Shown: one piece after another, positions 48,771 to 59,748 of the stretch
Layout: each line of letters starts with the position of its first letter
How positions within the stretch are numbered: the stretch's first letter is position 1
From: Candidatus Eiseniibacteriota bacterium
GTDB lineage: Bacteria > Eisenbacteria > RBG-16-71-46 > CAVPCR01
Length of the DNA: 64,000 nucleotides
NCBI GenBank assembly: GCA_963702435.1
Contig: CAVPCR010000001.1
Location: 544,001-608,000, forward strand
Direction of reading: 5' to 3'
Program-made: the position numbers and the translations under genes
Notes under the pieces: model-generated
The model's input: only the letters and a program-made list of their open reading frames with translations
Told to the model about the DNA's origin: nothing
Databases searched by the model: none

Positions 48771-49814
48771 CTACGCCCGCCCGGTCACGAGCATCAGGAG
48801 ACCGATCCCGATCAGGTTCACGAATGCGATCGGGATCATGTACTTCCAGCACATGGCCATCAGCTGGTCCACGCGCAGGCGGGGCAGGGTCCAGCGCAGC
48901 CAGAGCATGACGAAGACGAGCAGGAGGCCCTTGACCACGAAGACGATCGGTCCGGGGATGAACTCGAGCGGCGGAATCCCGATCTGCCAGCCGCCGAAGA
49001 ACGCCACCACCGCGATCGAGCTGACCAGGAACATGTTCGCGTACTCGGCGAGATAGAACATGGCGAAGCGGATGCCCGAGTACTCGGTGTGATAGCCGGC
49101 CACCAGCTCCGACTCGGCCTCCGTCAGGTCGAAGGGAACGCGGTTGGTCTCGGCGAGGGCCGAGATGTAGTAGATGAGGGCGCCGATCGTGAAGAAGGGG
49201 AAGCCGCGGAACACGTGCCAGTTCCAGAACCAGCCGGCCTGGCTCTTGACGATGTCGCTCATGTTGAGGCTGCCCACCCACATGACGACGGCGATGATCG
49301 AGATCGCCGCCGGGATCTCGTAGCTCACGATCTGGGCGACGCCGCGCATGGCGCCGAAGAGCGACCACTTGTTGTTCGAGGCCCAGCCCGCCATCAGGGC
49401 GCCGACCACCACGAAGGAGGTGATCGCGAGCACGAAGAAGATGCCGATGTTCAGGTCGGCAACCACGAGCCCCTTGCCCCAGGGCAGGACCACGAAGGCG
49501 GTGAAGGAGCTCGCGAACACGATGTAGGGAGCCATGTGAAAGAGGAGGCGGTCGGCGCTCCCGGGGATCACGTCCTCCTTGAGGAAGAGCTTGACCCCGT
49601 CCGCGATCGACTGCGCCCATCCGTGCCAGCCGCCGACCACCATCGGCCCGAGGCGGGACTGGATGTGCCCGGCCACCTTGCGCTCGAGCCAGGCCAGGAA
49701 CATGACGAGGACGGCGATGAAGATGAGCACGACCGCGGCCGCCCCCAGCATGAACGAGAGGACGGCGAGCGCCGGGGGCGCCCCTCCCATCAGGCTCTCG
49801 ATCCAGCTCTGCAC
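48771..49814 (-). CDS. nuoH: NADH-quinone oxidoreductase subunit H
   Basis: ERKV...Q.RLGP, ADGVKL, AQIVSYE, AETNRVPFDL.EAESELV.GYHTEYSG. Confidence 0.96.
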   Translation of the reverse strand: MQSWIESLMGGAPPALAVLSFMLGAAAVVLIFIAVLVMFLAWLERKVAGHIQSRLGPMVVGGWHGWAQSIADGVKLFLKEDVIPGSADRLLFHMAPYIVFASSFTAFVVLPWGKGLVVADLNIGIFFVLAITSFVVVGALMAGWASNNKWSLFGAMRGVAQIVSYEIPAAISIIAVVMWVGSLNMSDIVKSQAGWFWNWHVFRGFPFFTIGALIYYISALAETNRVPFDLTEAESELVAGYHTEYSGIRFAMFYLAEYANMFLVSSIAVVAFFGGWQIGIPPLEFIPGPIVFVVKGLLLVFVMLWLRWTLPRLRVDQLMAMCWKYMIPIAFVNLIGIGLLMLVTGRA

Positions 49815-49856
49815 GCTCTCCCCTCCCCGGCGCGCCGCGCGCGCGCCTCGCGACCC

Positions 49857-51016
49857 CTAGCGATCGATCTCGCCCAGCACGATGTCGAAACTGCCGAGGA
49901 TGGCGACCAGATCGGCGATCATGGCGCCCCGCGACAGCTCCTTGAATGCGCTCATCGAGCAGAAGGACGGGGCCCGCACCTTGCAGCGGACCGCCGTGTC
50001 CTTGCCGCCGGCCGCGATCCAGAAGCCCAGCTCGCCGCGCGGGTTCTCGACCCGCGTGTACAGCTCGCCCGCCGGCACCTTGATCGACTTCCCGACCTCC
50101 TCGGCGAGGATCGGTCCCGCCGGCAGGCCGGCGACCGCCTGGCGGAGGATCTTCACCGACTCGCGCATCTCCTCGATGCGGACCATGTACCGGTCCCAGC
50201 AGTCGCCGCGGGTGCCCATGGCGCCGCGCCCGACCGGGATGTCGAAGTCGAAACGATCGTAGATCGAGTAGGGATCGTCCCGGCGCACGTCCCACTCGAC
50301 GCCGGAGCCGCGCAGGTTGGGCCCGGTCACGCCGTAGGCGACGGCCAGTCGGCGGGCAGCACGCCGACGTTGGCCAGGCGCTTGATGAAGATCTTGTTGT
50401 AGGACAGGAGCTCGTTGTACTCGTCGATCTTGGGCTCGAAGTAGTCGAGGAACTGCCGGAGCTTGTCGAGCCAGCCCGGAGTGAGATCGGTCATCACCCC
50501 GCCGATGCGCACGTAGTTGTAGGTCAGCCGGGCCCCGCACAGCTCCTCGAACAGGTCGAGGATCCGCTCCCGCTCGCGGAACGCGTAGAGGAACGGGGTG
50601 AAGGCTCCGATGTCGTTCCCGTAGGTGCCCAAGGCGACGAGGTGGCTGGCGATGCGGTTCAGCTCGAGCACGAAGATGCGGAGATACTCGGCGCGCTCCG
50701 GGACCTGGAGCCCCATGAGCTGCTCGACGGCGAGCGCGTAGCCGTGGTTGCAGTTCATCGCCGCCAGGTAGTCCATGCGGTCGGTGTACGGGATGAACTG
50801 CGGGTAGGTGACGTTCTCGCCGATCTTCTCCGCACAGCGGTGCAGGTAGCCGATGTGCGGCGTGGCGGTCGTCACCACCTCGCCGTCGGTGACGAGCTCG
50901 AGCCGGAGCACGCCGTGCGTGGACGGGTGCTGCGGGCCCATGTTGAGCACCATCTCCTCGGTCTGGAGACCGCCGCTCGGTCGCTCCATGCTCTCGGTCG
51001 TCGTCATCTCGTCCAT
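49857..51016 (-). CDS. nuoD: NADH-quinone oxidoreductase subunit D, one frameshift near 50350
   Basis: [25 protein letters not shown]; after the shift [28 protein letters not shown]. Confidence 0.92.
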
Positions 51017-51046
51017 GTCCCGTCGCGTTCCTGGCCGCGGCCGGCC

Positions 51047-51520
51047 CTAGATCGGGATGTCCCGCCACTGGCGCGGGAACTGGTAGTCCTTGCGCAGCGG
51101 ATGCCCCTCCCAGTCGTCGGGCAGGAGGATCCGGCGGAGGTCGGGATGTCCGGAGAAGCGGATGCCGACCATGTCGTAGGCCTCGCGCTCGTGCCACTCC
51201 GCCGCCGGCCACACCGCGGCCACGCTCGGAAGCTCGGCCGCTCCCGGTTCTCGCGGCAGGTCGGCCTTCATGCAGAAGCGGTGGCGATGGGTGAAGGAAT
51301 GCAGGTTGTAGATCACCGCCAGGCGGTCGCCGTAGTCGACGCCGGAGAGACACATGAGGCTCTCGAAGTCGAGCTCCGGCGTGTCGCGCAGGAAGAGGCC
51401 GATCGCCGCCACCTGCTCCGGATTGACGAGCACGAACGGATCGGGCGCGTCCGCCTTCGCATCCCGGATGTCCGCTCCGAACTGGGCCTTCAAGCGTTCG
51501 ATGATCAGAGCCGGCTCCAT
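51047..51520 (-). CDS. nuoC: NADH-quinone oxidoreductase subunit C
   Basis: [34 protein letters not shown]. Confidence 0.95.
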   Translation of the reverse strand: MEPALIIERLKAQFGADIRDAKADAPDPFVLVNPEQVAAIGLFLRDTPELDFESLMCLSGVDYGDRLAVIYNLHSFTHRHRFCMKADLPREPGAAELPSVAAVWPAAEWHEREAYDMVGIRFSGHPDLRRILLPDDWEGHPLRKDYQFPRQWRDIPI

Positions 51521-51533
51521 CGCGTCCTCGCCT

Positions 51534-52091
51534 CTAGCTCGCCTTGGTCGTCGTCTTCGCGATCGACTTCTCGCGGATCTTCTGCTGCAGGCAGAGCAGC
51601 CCCTCGAGGAGCTGCTCGGGGCGCGGCGGGCAGCCGGGGACGTAGACGTCCACCGGCACCACCAGGTCGACGCCCTTCACCACGTGGTAGCCGTACTTGA
51701 AGTAGGGGCCGCCCCCCGAGGCGCAGCTCCCCATCGCGATCACGTACTTCGGCTCGGGCATCTGCTCGTACAGCCGCTTGATGCGCACCGCCATCTTGTG
51801 GGTGACGGTGCCGGCCACGATCATCAGATCGGCCTGGCGCGGCGAGGCGCGAAAGGCGCCGGCGCCGAAGCGGTCGAGATCGTAGCGGCTCGCGCCGGCC
51901 GCCATCATCTCGATTGCGCAGCAGGCGAGCCCGAAGAGCATCGGCCACAGCGAGGACAGCCGTGACCAGTTCATGATCCAGTCGGCCGAGGTGACGATCA
52001 CGCTCTCCTCGAACCGGCCGTGGATGAAGCTCTGGGGCCGCGGCATGTCGGCGGGGGCGAGCGGCGACCGGGGCAGGTTGCTAATGGACAT
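51534..52091 (-). CDS. nuoB: NADH-quinone oxidoreductase subunit B
   Basis: [35 protein letters not shown]. Confidence 0.96.
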   Translation of the reverse strand: MSISNLPRSPLAPADMPRPQSFIHGRFEESVIVTSADWIMNWSRLSSLWPMLFGLACCAIEMMAAGASRYDLDRFGAGAFRASPRQADLMIVAGTVTHKMAVRIKRLYEQMPEPKYVIAMGSCASGGGPYFKYGYHVVKGVDLVVPVDVYVPGCPPRPEQLLEGLLCLQQKIREKSIAKTTTKAS

Positions 52092-52542
52092 GGCTCATCT
52101 CTCGCTCGCGGCTCGTGTCGAGGGGGGACGCGACTCGGGGCTCGAGGCCCCCGCCGCCCTGCCCGGTGTTCCACGGCAACCGCGGCTTGACCCATTCGAT
52201 GTCGCCCTTGGCCCAGATGTAGGCGAGACCCACCATGAGCACGAGGACGAAGATCATCATCTCGATGAACGCGAACAGCCCGAGCTCCCGGAAGACCACG
52301 GCCCACGGGAAGAGGAAGACCGTTTCGACGTCGAAGATGATGAAGCCGAGCGCGACCATGTAGAAGCGGATGTTGAACTTGACCCAGGGAGAGCCGACCG
52401 GATCCTCGCCGCACTCGTAGTTGAGGAGCTTCTCGGGCGTGCGGTGCACCGTGTGGACGAGGCGGGAGACGAGGAGGGCGCCGAAGACGAACACCACCCC
52501 GACGCCGAAGAAGACGAGAACGTTGGCGAAGTCGAAGAGCAT
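52081..52542 (-). CDS. nuoA: NADH-quinone oxidoreductase subunit A
   Basis: YECGEDP, FYMVAL.FIIFDVE.VFLFPWA. Confidence 0.95.
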   Translation of the reverse strand: MLFDFANVLVFFGVGVVFVFGALLVSRLVHTVHRTPEKLLNYECGEDPVGSPWVKFNIRFYMVALGFIIFDVETVFLFPWAVVFRELGLFAFIEMMIFVLVLMVGLAYIWAKGDIEWVKPRLPWNTGQGGGGLEPRVASPLDTSREREMSHVH

Positions 52543-52780
52543 CGCGACTCCCCCTCCCCGCGGCCCAGAACCACCGCCACCCCCCGGGGGCTTCTCTCCT
52601 GCCAGCCTGACCCGGCGCGCCCCGCCCGCGATCGGACCCCGGGGCGCCGGGGACCACCAACGAGCGCGCGAGACTACCACGCAGGCGCGCGAATCAGCAA
52701 GGCACCCGGAGATGAGACTGCGGGCCCCCGGCCAGAGCCCGCAAATTACTGTCGGTAAATAATTTGCACTGACGGTGGGC

Positions 52781-55700
52781 CTAGGGACCGAGGAGCACGA
52801 CGCGCACCGACGGCGCGCCGAACGGGGACTCGGCGCGCACGAAGTAGACGCCGCGGGCGACGCGATGCCCCTGATCGTCGCGGCCATCCCAGACCAGGCG
52901 CAGGCGCCCCGCCGGCAGCTGACGGTCGAAGAGCAGTCGGCGGAGACGCCCGCTCACATCGTAGACGCCGGCCCGGACCGGACCGGGGCGGGCGAGGGCC
53001 ATCGGCACCGTGACCTCGCTCGTGGCGGGGTGGGGTTCCGGAGCGAGGAGCACGAGCGCCGGCGCCCCGGGCGCCGGCGACGGCGCGAGCGGTCCCTCGA
53101 GGATGCGGCGGCGCGCCGTGCCATCGTCCGCCGTGAAGGCGAGGAGGTACTCGACCGCACCCGGAGGCAGGTCCGCGTCATGGAAGCTCTCGCCCGCCGT
53201 CACCTCGCCGGGGCGGGTGAAGATCCGATGCGTGCCGAGGTCGCTCTCGAGACCCGGGACCGCGTTCGCCGGCAGCCGGTAGACAGCGAGATCGGAGACG
53301 CGCACCTCGGGAGCGGGAGTCTCCCACAGGATGGCGTTCGCCTTCGCTTCCTGGATGGCCTGCCAGGCGAGAGGGGGCGCTCCGCCCACCGGGGCTGCGC
53401 TGAAGACCCTCGTCACCGGCGACTCCGTCACACGCTCCGAGAGGAAGATCTCGGCGCGCCCGTCGCCGTCGAGATCAGCGACGCGCGTGCCGCCGCCGGC
53501 CGCGCGCGGCGCAAACCAGACGGGCAGGAAGCGGTCGTCGCGGTCTGCCGCCAGGAGGTACGCGCCGGCGGCCTGCGCCACGAGGAGCTCGGGGCGGCCG
53601 TCGCCGTCGGTGTCCCCCGCCGCGAGCGCGTTGTCGTAGGGCGTGTTCTTGTCGCGGAACTCGAAGCGCGTCACCACGCGGAAGGTGTCATCGCCGGCGG
53701 CCTCGAAGACCGCGATCGCCGGCCGTTCCTCGCGCTCGAGCAGAGCGCCCACCGCGGAGATCGCGAACTCGAGCCGCCCGTCGCCGTCCGCGTCGCCGAT
53801 GTGCGTCGCGACGATGGCGTTGGCGACGCCGCCGAGGAAGGGCTCGCGCACCGTCTCGACGATCCCCTCGGGGCGCGCCTCGAGCACGACCAGATCGCCG
53901 GCGAGACTCCCCAGCACGAGCTCGCCCCGGCCGTCCCCGTCGTAGTCGGCGACGGCGAAGCCCGCCGCGCGCGTCGGTCGCGTGAAGCCGAGGGGGAGCG
54001 AATCGAACGTGGCGCCATTCCACTCGACCGCATGCAGTCGCGACCCGGCGGTGCCGGCGAACATCACCTCGACCGCCCCGTCGCCGTCGATGTCGGTGAA
54101 GGCGCCGCCCGCCCGCCGATCGCCCGCCGCGCTCGACCACAGAACGCGCTCGGCGTCGGTGCCGAATCCCGCGATCACCTCGAGCCCGACGCCGGCGACG
54201 AGCACGTCCGTCCGCCCGTCCCCGTCCACGTCCCGCGCGGCGATCGGCAGCCCGGGAGCGCCGGTGAAGAGCGGTGCGAAGGTCGGCGCCGCCGGCCAGT
54301 CGCCCCTGATCGCGAGCGCCGTGCGCGCCGGCTTCGCTCCCGGCCGGCGCCACTCGCCCAGGAGCTCCGGCCGGTCGTCGCCGTCGAGATCGGCGACCGC
54401 GCCCAGCTCGAACCCGTCGAGGCTTGCCGCGAGCGCGTAATCGCCGTCGGGGATGTCGATGAGAGGGATCACGTCGCGCGCGAAGAGCGCTCCCTCTCCG
54501 GCATCGCAACGCGTCGAGAAACCCGCGTAGTCGGTGAGATCGATCGCGTACTCGTGGCGTCCCGGATAGAGATCCGAGAGCCGGGCCTCGTGGTCGCGGG
54601 ACCCGTCCAGGGAGGCGATCGCCGCGAAATCGCCGCCGGCGCCGACCTCGCGCACGAGCACGCGCGCGGTCACCGGCTCGTTCGCCGCGTAGCGGATGAG
54701 CTGCTCGAACCGCCGGCCGGCCAGGCGATCCACGTGCTCGTGCGCCACCAGGGCGGGGGCGCTCCGATCCACGCGGAAGAGCACGCGGTCCTCGGCCGTA
54801 CGCCCGCTCTTGTCGCGAACGGTGAGTCGCAAGGTCCACTCGCCCTCGGCGCGGCCCGCGAGGTCCACCGGGCCCACATCGAGCGCGGGGCCGCCGATCC
54901 CGCGGGCGACGGGGGTGAAGGCGAGCGGATCTTCGCCGGCGCCGAGGTCGAGCTCGAACTCCGCATCACCGGCGCTCCCGGTCGCGGGGAGGACCGCGGC
55001 GCGCACGACGAGCGTCGGGCCGGGCGCGGCGGCGAGGGTGAGCGGCGTCGTGATGACGGCGAGCGGGGCGGCGGGGGCGGCGAGAGCGCGCGCCGCATCG
55101 AGCCTCCCGGCGCCGAAGGCGGGATCCCAGCCGGAGCGACCGAGGTCGACCGCGCCGAGCCGCAGCACGGAGCGGATCTCCTCGGCCGCGAGATCGGGGT
55201 GGCGGTAGCGGAGGTGCGCGGCGACCCCGCTCACGAGCGCCGCCGCCTGCGAGGTGCCGGAGAGGAGGAAGTGCCCACGGCGCTGCGTGCTCAGGATGTT
55301 CACGCCGGGCGCGGTGAGATCGACGCGAACGCCGCGGTTCGAGAACCCGGCGAGCCCGTCGTTCGGCGCGGTGGCGCCGACCGCGATGACCTGATCGAAC
55401 GCCGCCGGGAAGTTGTCGGTCACCGGGCCGCCCGCGTTGCCGGCGGAGGCGACGAGCACCGCTCCCCGCGCCGCGGCGTAGGCCACGGCGTCGCGGATGA
55501 CGGCCGAGAGACGGTTCGTGCCCCAGCTCAGATTGATGACCTCGGCGCCGCGTTCGGCGGCGTACACGATTCCCTGCGCACCGGCCAGGTTGGTGCCGCG
55601 CCCCGCGTCGTCGAACATGCGCACCGGGAGGAGATCCACCTCCCAGGTCACGCCGACCGTGCCCGTCCGCCCGTCGGAAGCGGCGCCGATCAGGCCCGCC

Positions 55701-56485
55701 ATGTGCGAACCGTGCCCGAAACCGTCCTCGATGTCGGCGTTGTCGGCGATGAAGTTCCAGCCGTACACGTCATCCACGAACCCGTTCCCGTCATCGTCGG
55801 CGCCGGGCCGGCCGCCGGCCTCGACCGCGTTCACGGCGAGGTTCGGGGCGAGATCCGGGTGCGCGGTCTCGAGGCCGGTGTCGACGATGGCGACGAGGAG
55901 ACCCGGCGTGCCGGTGCCGCCGGCCCACGCCGCGGGCATCCCGATCGCGGGGAGCGCCCATTGCTCGGCATACAGGCTGTCGCCGGGGACGACCGCCGCG
56001 GCGCCGGCCGTGGGGTAACGCGGCGCGGGACCGATGCCGCCCCCATGGCCCGTGACCGGAGTGGCGCGCTCGAGAACGATCGGCTCGATCGGCTCGACGG
56101 AGATCACGTCGGGATCGCGCGCCAGGCGGGCGCGCGCCTCGGCCGTGGCGCCCGCGTCGGCGAAGCGGCAGATCTGGATCAACGCCAGCTCGCCGGCGAG
56201 CGCCTCGAGCAACGCGGGGTTCTTCACGGCGGGCGCGGCGCCCCGCGCGAGGGCGGCGGCGGCCGGCGGGAAGGCGGGGCTCACGCGCGGCGCGAGATCG
56301 GCCAGGGTCGCGTTCAGGTGCGCGCGGCGCTCCTCGATCGCGGCCGGCACCGGCCCCGACTTGCCGGCGGGCGCGGCGCGTAGCTTGACGATGAGGCCGG
56401 GATCCTCGGCCAGGGCGGCGGACGAGCAGGCGGCGGTCACGAGCAGCGCGCCCCACCAGGGCGCAGGGCGGCGGCCGATGGGCAC
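52781..56485 (-). CDS. Secreted S8 subtilase with FG-GAP/VCBS repeats and FlgD Ig-like C-terminal domain
   Basis: Triad IVDTG, HGSHMAG, SGTSQA; several D.DGDG..E repeats; YDVSGR..WDGRD..GVYF; start approximate. Confidence 0.9.
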   Translation of the reverse strand: MPIGRRPAPWWGALLVTAACSSAALAEDPGLIVKLRAAPAGKSGPVPAAIEERRAHLNATLADLAPRVSPAFPPAAAALARGAAPAVKNPALLEALAGELALIQICRFADAGATAEARARLARDPDVISVEPIEPIVLERATPVTGHGGGIGPAPRYPTAGAAAVVPGDSLYAEQWALPAIGMPAAWAGGTGTPGLLVAIVDTGLETAHPDLAPNLAVNAVEAGGRPGADDDGNGFVDDVYGWNFIADNADIEDGFGHGSHMAGLIGAASDGRTGTVGVTWEVDLLPVRMFDDAGRGTNLAGAQGIVYAAERGAEVINLSWGTNRLSAVIRDAVAYAAARGAVLVASAGNAGGPVTDNFPAAFDQVIAVGATAPNDGLAGFSNRGVRVDLTAPGVNILSTQRRGHFLLSGTSQAAALVSGVAAHLRYRHPDLAAEEIRSVLRLGAVDLGRSGWDPAFGAGRLDAARALAAPAAPLAVITTPLTLAAAPGPTLVVRAAVLPATGSAGDAEFELDLGAGEDPLAFTPVARGIGGPALDVGPVDLAGRAEGEWTLRLTVRDKSGRTAEDRVLFRVDRSAPALVAHEHVDRLAGRRFEQLIRYAANEPVTARVLVREVGAGGDFAAIASLDGSRDHEARLSDLYPGRHEYAIDLTDYAGFSTRCDAGEGALFARDVIPLIDIPDGDYALAASLDGFELGAVADLDGDDRPELLGEWRRPGAKPARTALAIRGDWPAAPTFAPLFTGAPGLPIAARDVDGDGRTDVLVAGVGLEVIAGFGTDAERVLWSSAAGDRRAGGAFTDIDGDGAVEVMFAGTAGSRLHAVEWNGATFDSLPLGFTRPTRAAGFAVADYDGDGRGELVLGSLAGDLVVLEARPEGIVETVREPFLGGVANAIVATHIGDADGDGRLEFAISAVGALLEREERPAIAVFEAAGDDTFRVVTRFEFRDKNTPYDNALAAGDTDGDGRPELLVAQAAGAYLLAADRDDRFLPVWFAPRAAGGGTRVADLDGDGRAEIFLSERVTESPVTRVFSAAPVGGAPPLAWQAIQEAKANAILWETPAPEVRVSDLAVYRLPANAVPGLESDLGTHRIFTRPGEVTAGESFHDADLPPGAVEYLLAFTADDGTARRRILEGPLAPSPAPGAPALVLLAPEPHPATSEVTVPMALARPGPVRAGVYDVSGRLRRLLFDRQLPAGRLRLVWDGRDDQGHRVARGVYFVRAESPFGAPSVRVVLLGP

Positions 56486-56695
56486 GGCCCGTCGTTCCCA
56501 GCGGCCACGGCGCCGGAACGAGGTCCGGCTGCAGATGTGCGGGTGGCCCATATGCCGGTATGTGTTCAGAGCGCTCGGATCGGGGCGATGGGGTGCGGAC
56601 CGGGGGGTGGCCCCACGTGGGACGAGCCTAGCAGGACGCTTCCCTTCGTGTCCACGAGATGTCCTGGCGGGCAGGCGATGCTAGGCTCCCGCGCC

Positions 56696-57445
56696 ATGCA
56701 CGGAGCAGATCATCCGCCGCCGCCGGGGACCGAACCGGCCCTCGGCCTCATGGCGAAGTGGCCGGAACCGGGATGCGTGAAGACCCGCCTCGTGCCGCCG
56801 CTCACCCCGCTCGCGGCGGCGCATCTGTACGCCGCGTTCGTGACCGACCTCACGCGCGCTCTCGACCCGATCCGCGCGCAGAAGACGATCCTGGTCGCCG
56901 GCGCGCCCGCCGACCTCGATCTCGATCAACCCCGGGCGCCGCACGCCCTCGCGGTGGCGCTCCCCGCCGACTGGCCGCAATGGCCGGAGTGGCCCGTCCG
57001 CGCGCAGCGCGGCGCCGATCTGGGCGCCCGGCTCGCCGCCGCCTTCGCGGATCTCGAGGTCGGACGTCGCCCGGTCGTCCTGGTCGGAGCGGACCATCCC
57101 GATCTCCCCGCGACCGAGGTCGCCACTGCGCTCGCGGCCCTCGGCGATGGCGGCGCCGATCTCGTCCTCGGCCCGACCGTGGACGGCGGTTACTACCTGA
57201 TCGGTCTCGCGCGGCCGGTCCCGGAGATCCTCTCCGCCATGCCGTGGTCGAGTCCGGATCTGCTCCGCGTCACGCTCGATCGCGCCGTCACGCTGGGTCT
57301 CCGTATCACCGCCACCCGGCCCTGGCACGACGTGGATCGCCCGGCGGACCTCGCATTCCTCGGCCAGCACCTCCGGCTCCTCGCCCTGGCCGGGGCCCCG
57401 TACCCCGCGGCGACCGCCGCGGTGCTCGCCGCCCTCTCGCGCTAG
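56696..57445 (+). CDS. DUF2064/TIGR04282-type CofC-like transferase
   Basis: MAK.PEPG.VKTRL, QRGADLGARL, GADHPDL, LGPTVDGGYYLIG, DVD.PADL. Confidence 0.88.
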   Translation: MHGADHPPPPGTEPALGLMAKWPEPGCVKTRLVPPLTPLAAAHLYAAFVTDLTRALDPIRAQKTILVAGAPADLDLDQPRAPHALAVALPADWPQWPEWPVRAQRGADLGARLAAAFADLEVGRRPVVLVGADHPDLPATEVATALAALGDGGADLVLGPTVDGGYYLIGLARPVPEILSAMPWSSPDLLRVTLDRAVTLGLRITATRPWHDVDRPADLAFLGQHLRLLALAGAPYPAATAAVLAALSR

Positions 57446-58023
57446 GGGCCCGCGGGCGAGCGCCCGCTCCCGCGGCGGGCGCGCCGGCCCTCGAACCGGC
57501 GGAGCGCCGCGAGCACCAGAGCCGCCGACCCGAGCCCGATCAGTCCGCCGGCCACGACGTCGAGGGGGTAGTGAACTCCCACGGCGATCCGCGAAAAACT
57601 GATGAGGACGGCGAGCACATAGAGCGGCCAGGTCAGACGCGGGAGGAACGTGGAGAAGTAGAGCGCGCCGGCGAAGGAATTGGTGGCGTGGGACGACGGA
57701 AACGAGAAGGAGCGGGTCCGCTCGACGAGCAGCACAACGTCGGCCGGCGCCAGCGCATTCGAGGGGCGCGTCCGCTCGATCCACGGCTTGATGAGGTGCG
57801 AGCTCAGCTGATCGGACAGGGTGATGGTGAGCGCCGCTCCGAGAAGGAGGAGGAGACCCCGGCGCCAATCGCGAAGGAGGAGGACGAGGGTGAGGACGGC
57901 GAAGAGGAGCCGGCCGAGTTCCGGGGCGGAGAGGAGACGCATCGCCGCCTCGAACCAGGGCCAGCGCACGGCCCCGTTCAAGGCGAGGAAGAGCGATTGA
58001 TCGAGTGCGAGGAGGGATTCCAT
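57442..58023 (-). CDS. PAP2-family membrane phosphatase
   Basis: K.WIERTRP, SFPSSHA, SRIAVGVHYPLDV. Confidence 0.92.
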   Translation of the reverse strand: MESLLALDQSLFLALNGAVRWPWFEAAMRLLSAPELGRLLFAVLTLVLLLRDWRRGLLLLLGAALTITLSDQLSSHLIKPWIERTRPSNALAPADVVLLVERTRSFSFPSSHATNSFAGALYFSTFLPRLTWPLYVLAVLISFSRIAVGVHYPLDVVAGGLIGLGSAALVLAALRRFEGRRARRGSGRSPAGP

Positions 58024-58070
58024 GCTCGTATCCCGGCAGCGGACGCGCGCCCGGGGATCGGGCGCCGGCG

Positions 58071-59639
58071 TCAGCTCCCTGCCGCCCTGGTGCTCGCGGC
58101 CGGGCTCGCCGCCGCGGGCGACTCCACCGGACGGCCCGGTGGAACCGGCGTGTCGGTGACCAGGGCTCGATCGAGATAGACATCGACGGCGTTCGCCACC
58201 AGGCCGGCGAATCGGCGCTGGAAATCGCGGCTCTTCAGGAGCTTCGCCTCCTTGGGATGCGAGATGAACGCAGTCTCGATGAGGATGGACGGCATGCCGG
58301 CCGTCTTGAGCACATCGAAGCCGGCCTGCTTCACACCGCGGAGCTCCAGGTTGGCGTCCGCGCGCAGATGCTCGATGACGGTGACCGCGAGCTCACTCGA
58401 GCGTTCGAGAGCGGACGCCCTGAGGAGATCGACGAGGATGTCCTCGATCTCGTTCTGCGACTCGGCGGGCACACCGGCGACGTGGTCTGCCGCATTCTCG
58501 CGCATGGCGACCTCGCTCGCGGCCTCGTCGCTCGCTCCGCGCAGGGACAGGAAGTAGACCTCGGTGCCCCGCGCGCTCTTCGAGCGGCTCGCGTTGGCGT
58601 GGATCGAGACGAAGAGATCGGCCTTCTGCTCGGCCGCGATCCGCGTCCTTTGCCGGAGGTTCAGGAACACGTCCTTGTCCCGGGTCAGGACGGCCCGGTA
58701 CCCCGGGCGGCGTTCGAGATCGGCCGCGACCGCCTTGGCGATGGCGAGGCAGATATCCTTCTCGCGCACTCCGCCGGGGCCCTTGGCCCCGGGATCGTGC
58801 CCGCCATGGCCGGGATCGATGACGACCACGCGCGGGCGGGCCGGGGCCAGCCGCGCGGGTTCATTGCCCTTCACGGCCGCGGGTGAAGTCTTCTTCGCGG
58901 CGGCAGGCGCCGGCGGCGGGATCAGCGCGGCCGTCGCACCCTGGCTCCGCGCGGTGTCGGGTGGTGGTGCCGCGGCCCGCGCAGCGGACTGCGGGGTCGC
59001 CCCCGCCCCTTGCGTCGGTGCCGCTGCCGGTGGCGCGGCCGGTGCTGCTGCCGGTGGCGCGGCCGGTGCTGCTGCCGGTGGCGCGGCCGGCGATTGCACC
59101 TGGGGGGCCGGGGACGGCGGGGCCGGCGGCCCCGGCGCGGGCGCCGGCACGGGTTCCGCTTCCGGCGCTCCCGCCACGCTCTCCGCGCTCGGCGCGCCGA
59201 ACACGTCGATCACCAGACGGTCGGGCTTGCCGTCGCCGGCTGGCACCGGGAACACCTTGGTCGAACGCCGGCCGGCGAGGTCCACGACGACCTGGGCCGG
59301 CAACCGATCCGGAGGCAGCAGGCGAAGGCCGCGGACGCGTCCATCGCCCAGCGGGAAAGATATCACGCCGGGATCGAAGCTCGTCCGGTCGAGCTCGATG
59401 ATCGCGGCCGGCGGATCGGCGCTCTCGCTCTTGCGGAAGGATGCCGGGCCGCTCAGGTCGAGCACGATGCGGGTGCGCTCGGCCGTCGTCGAGTGACGGA
59501 TCCCTGCGACGCGGATCTCGGCGGCCTCCCCCGCGCTCGCGGCGGCGAGCAGCAGCGCGGTCGCGAGGAGGGCGGCGGACAGCGCGGCAAGCCTGCTCCG
59601 CGATCGCTCGAGGGTCCGGCCGGTCGGCGCGATGAACAT
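58071..59639 (-). CDS. N-acetylmuramoyl-L-alanine amidase with AMIN domains
   Basis: IDPGHGGHDPGA, EKD, LTRD.D, SIHAN, VLK..MPSILIE; RIVLDL/RLVID AMIN motifs; Pro/Ala linker. Confidence 0.92.
   Translation of the reverse strand: MFIAPTGRTLERSRSRLAALSAALLATALLLAAASAGEAAEIRVAGIRHSTTAERTRIVLDLSGPASFRKSESADPPAAIIELDRTSFDPGVISFPLGDGRVRGLRLLPPDRLPAQVVVDLAGRRSTKVFPVPAGDGKPDRLVIDVFGAPSAESVAGAPEAEPVPAPAPGPPAPPSPAPQVQSPAAPPAAAPAAPPAAAPAAPPAAAPTQGAGATPQSAARAAAPPPDTARSQGATAALIPPPAPAAAKKTSPAAVKGNEPARLAPARPRVVVIDPGHGGHDPGAKGPGGVREKDICLAIAKAVAADLERRPGYRAVLTRDKDVFLNLRQRTRIAAEQKADLFVSIHANASRSKSARGTEVYFLSLRGASDEAASEVAMRENAADHVAGVPAESQNEIEDILVDLLRASALERSSELAVTVIEHLRADANLELRGVKQAGFDVLKTAGMPSILIETAFISHPKEAKLLKSRDFQRRFAGLVANAVDVYLDRALVTDTPVPPGRPVESPAAASPAASTRAAGS
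59023..59090. repeat. 24-bp in-frame tandem repeat (~3 units) in the amidase linker
   Basis: GCTGCCGGTGGCGCGGCCGGTGCT, encoding PAAPPAAA. Confidence 0.8.
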
Positions 59640-59748
59640 GGTTCGCATTCGGATGGCCGGTGGGGCACGCCGGCCGGAAGATGATCCTGTCATCGGGCGG
59701 TGGACGGTCCGCGGACCGACTGCCCGTCACGAGCCGGCGCCGACCAGG

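Noticed and set aside
43487..51016. Programmed frameshifting or phase variation in nuoL/M/D
   Set aside because: Indels are many and scattered with no slippery heptamers or long homopolymers; sequencing error is more likely
56696..57445. Arsenosugar biosynthesis cluster
   Set aside because: Only the TIGR04282-type gene is present; no arsM, radical SAM or partner glycosyltransferase adjacent
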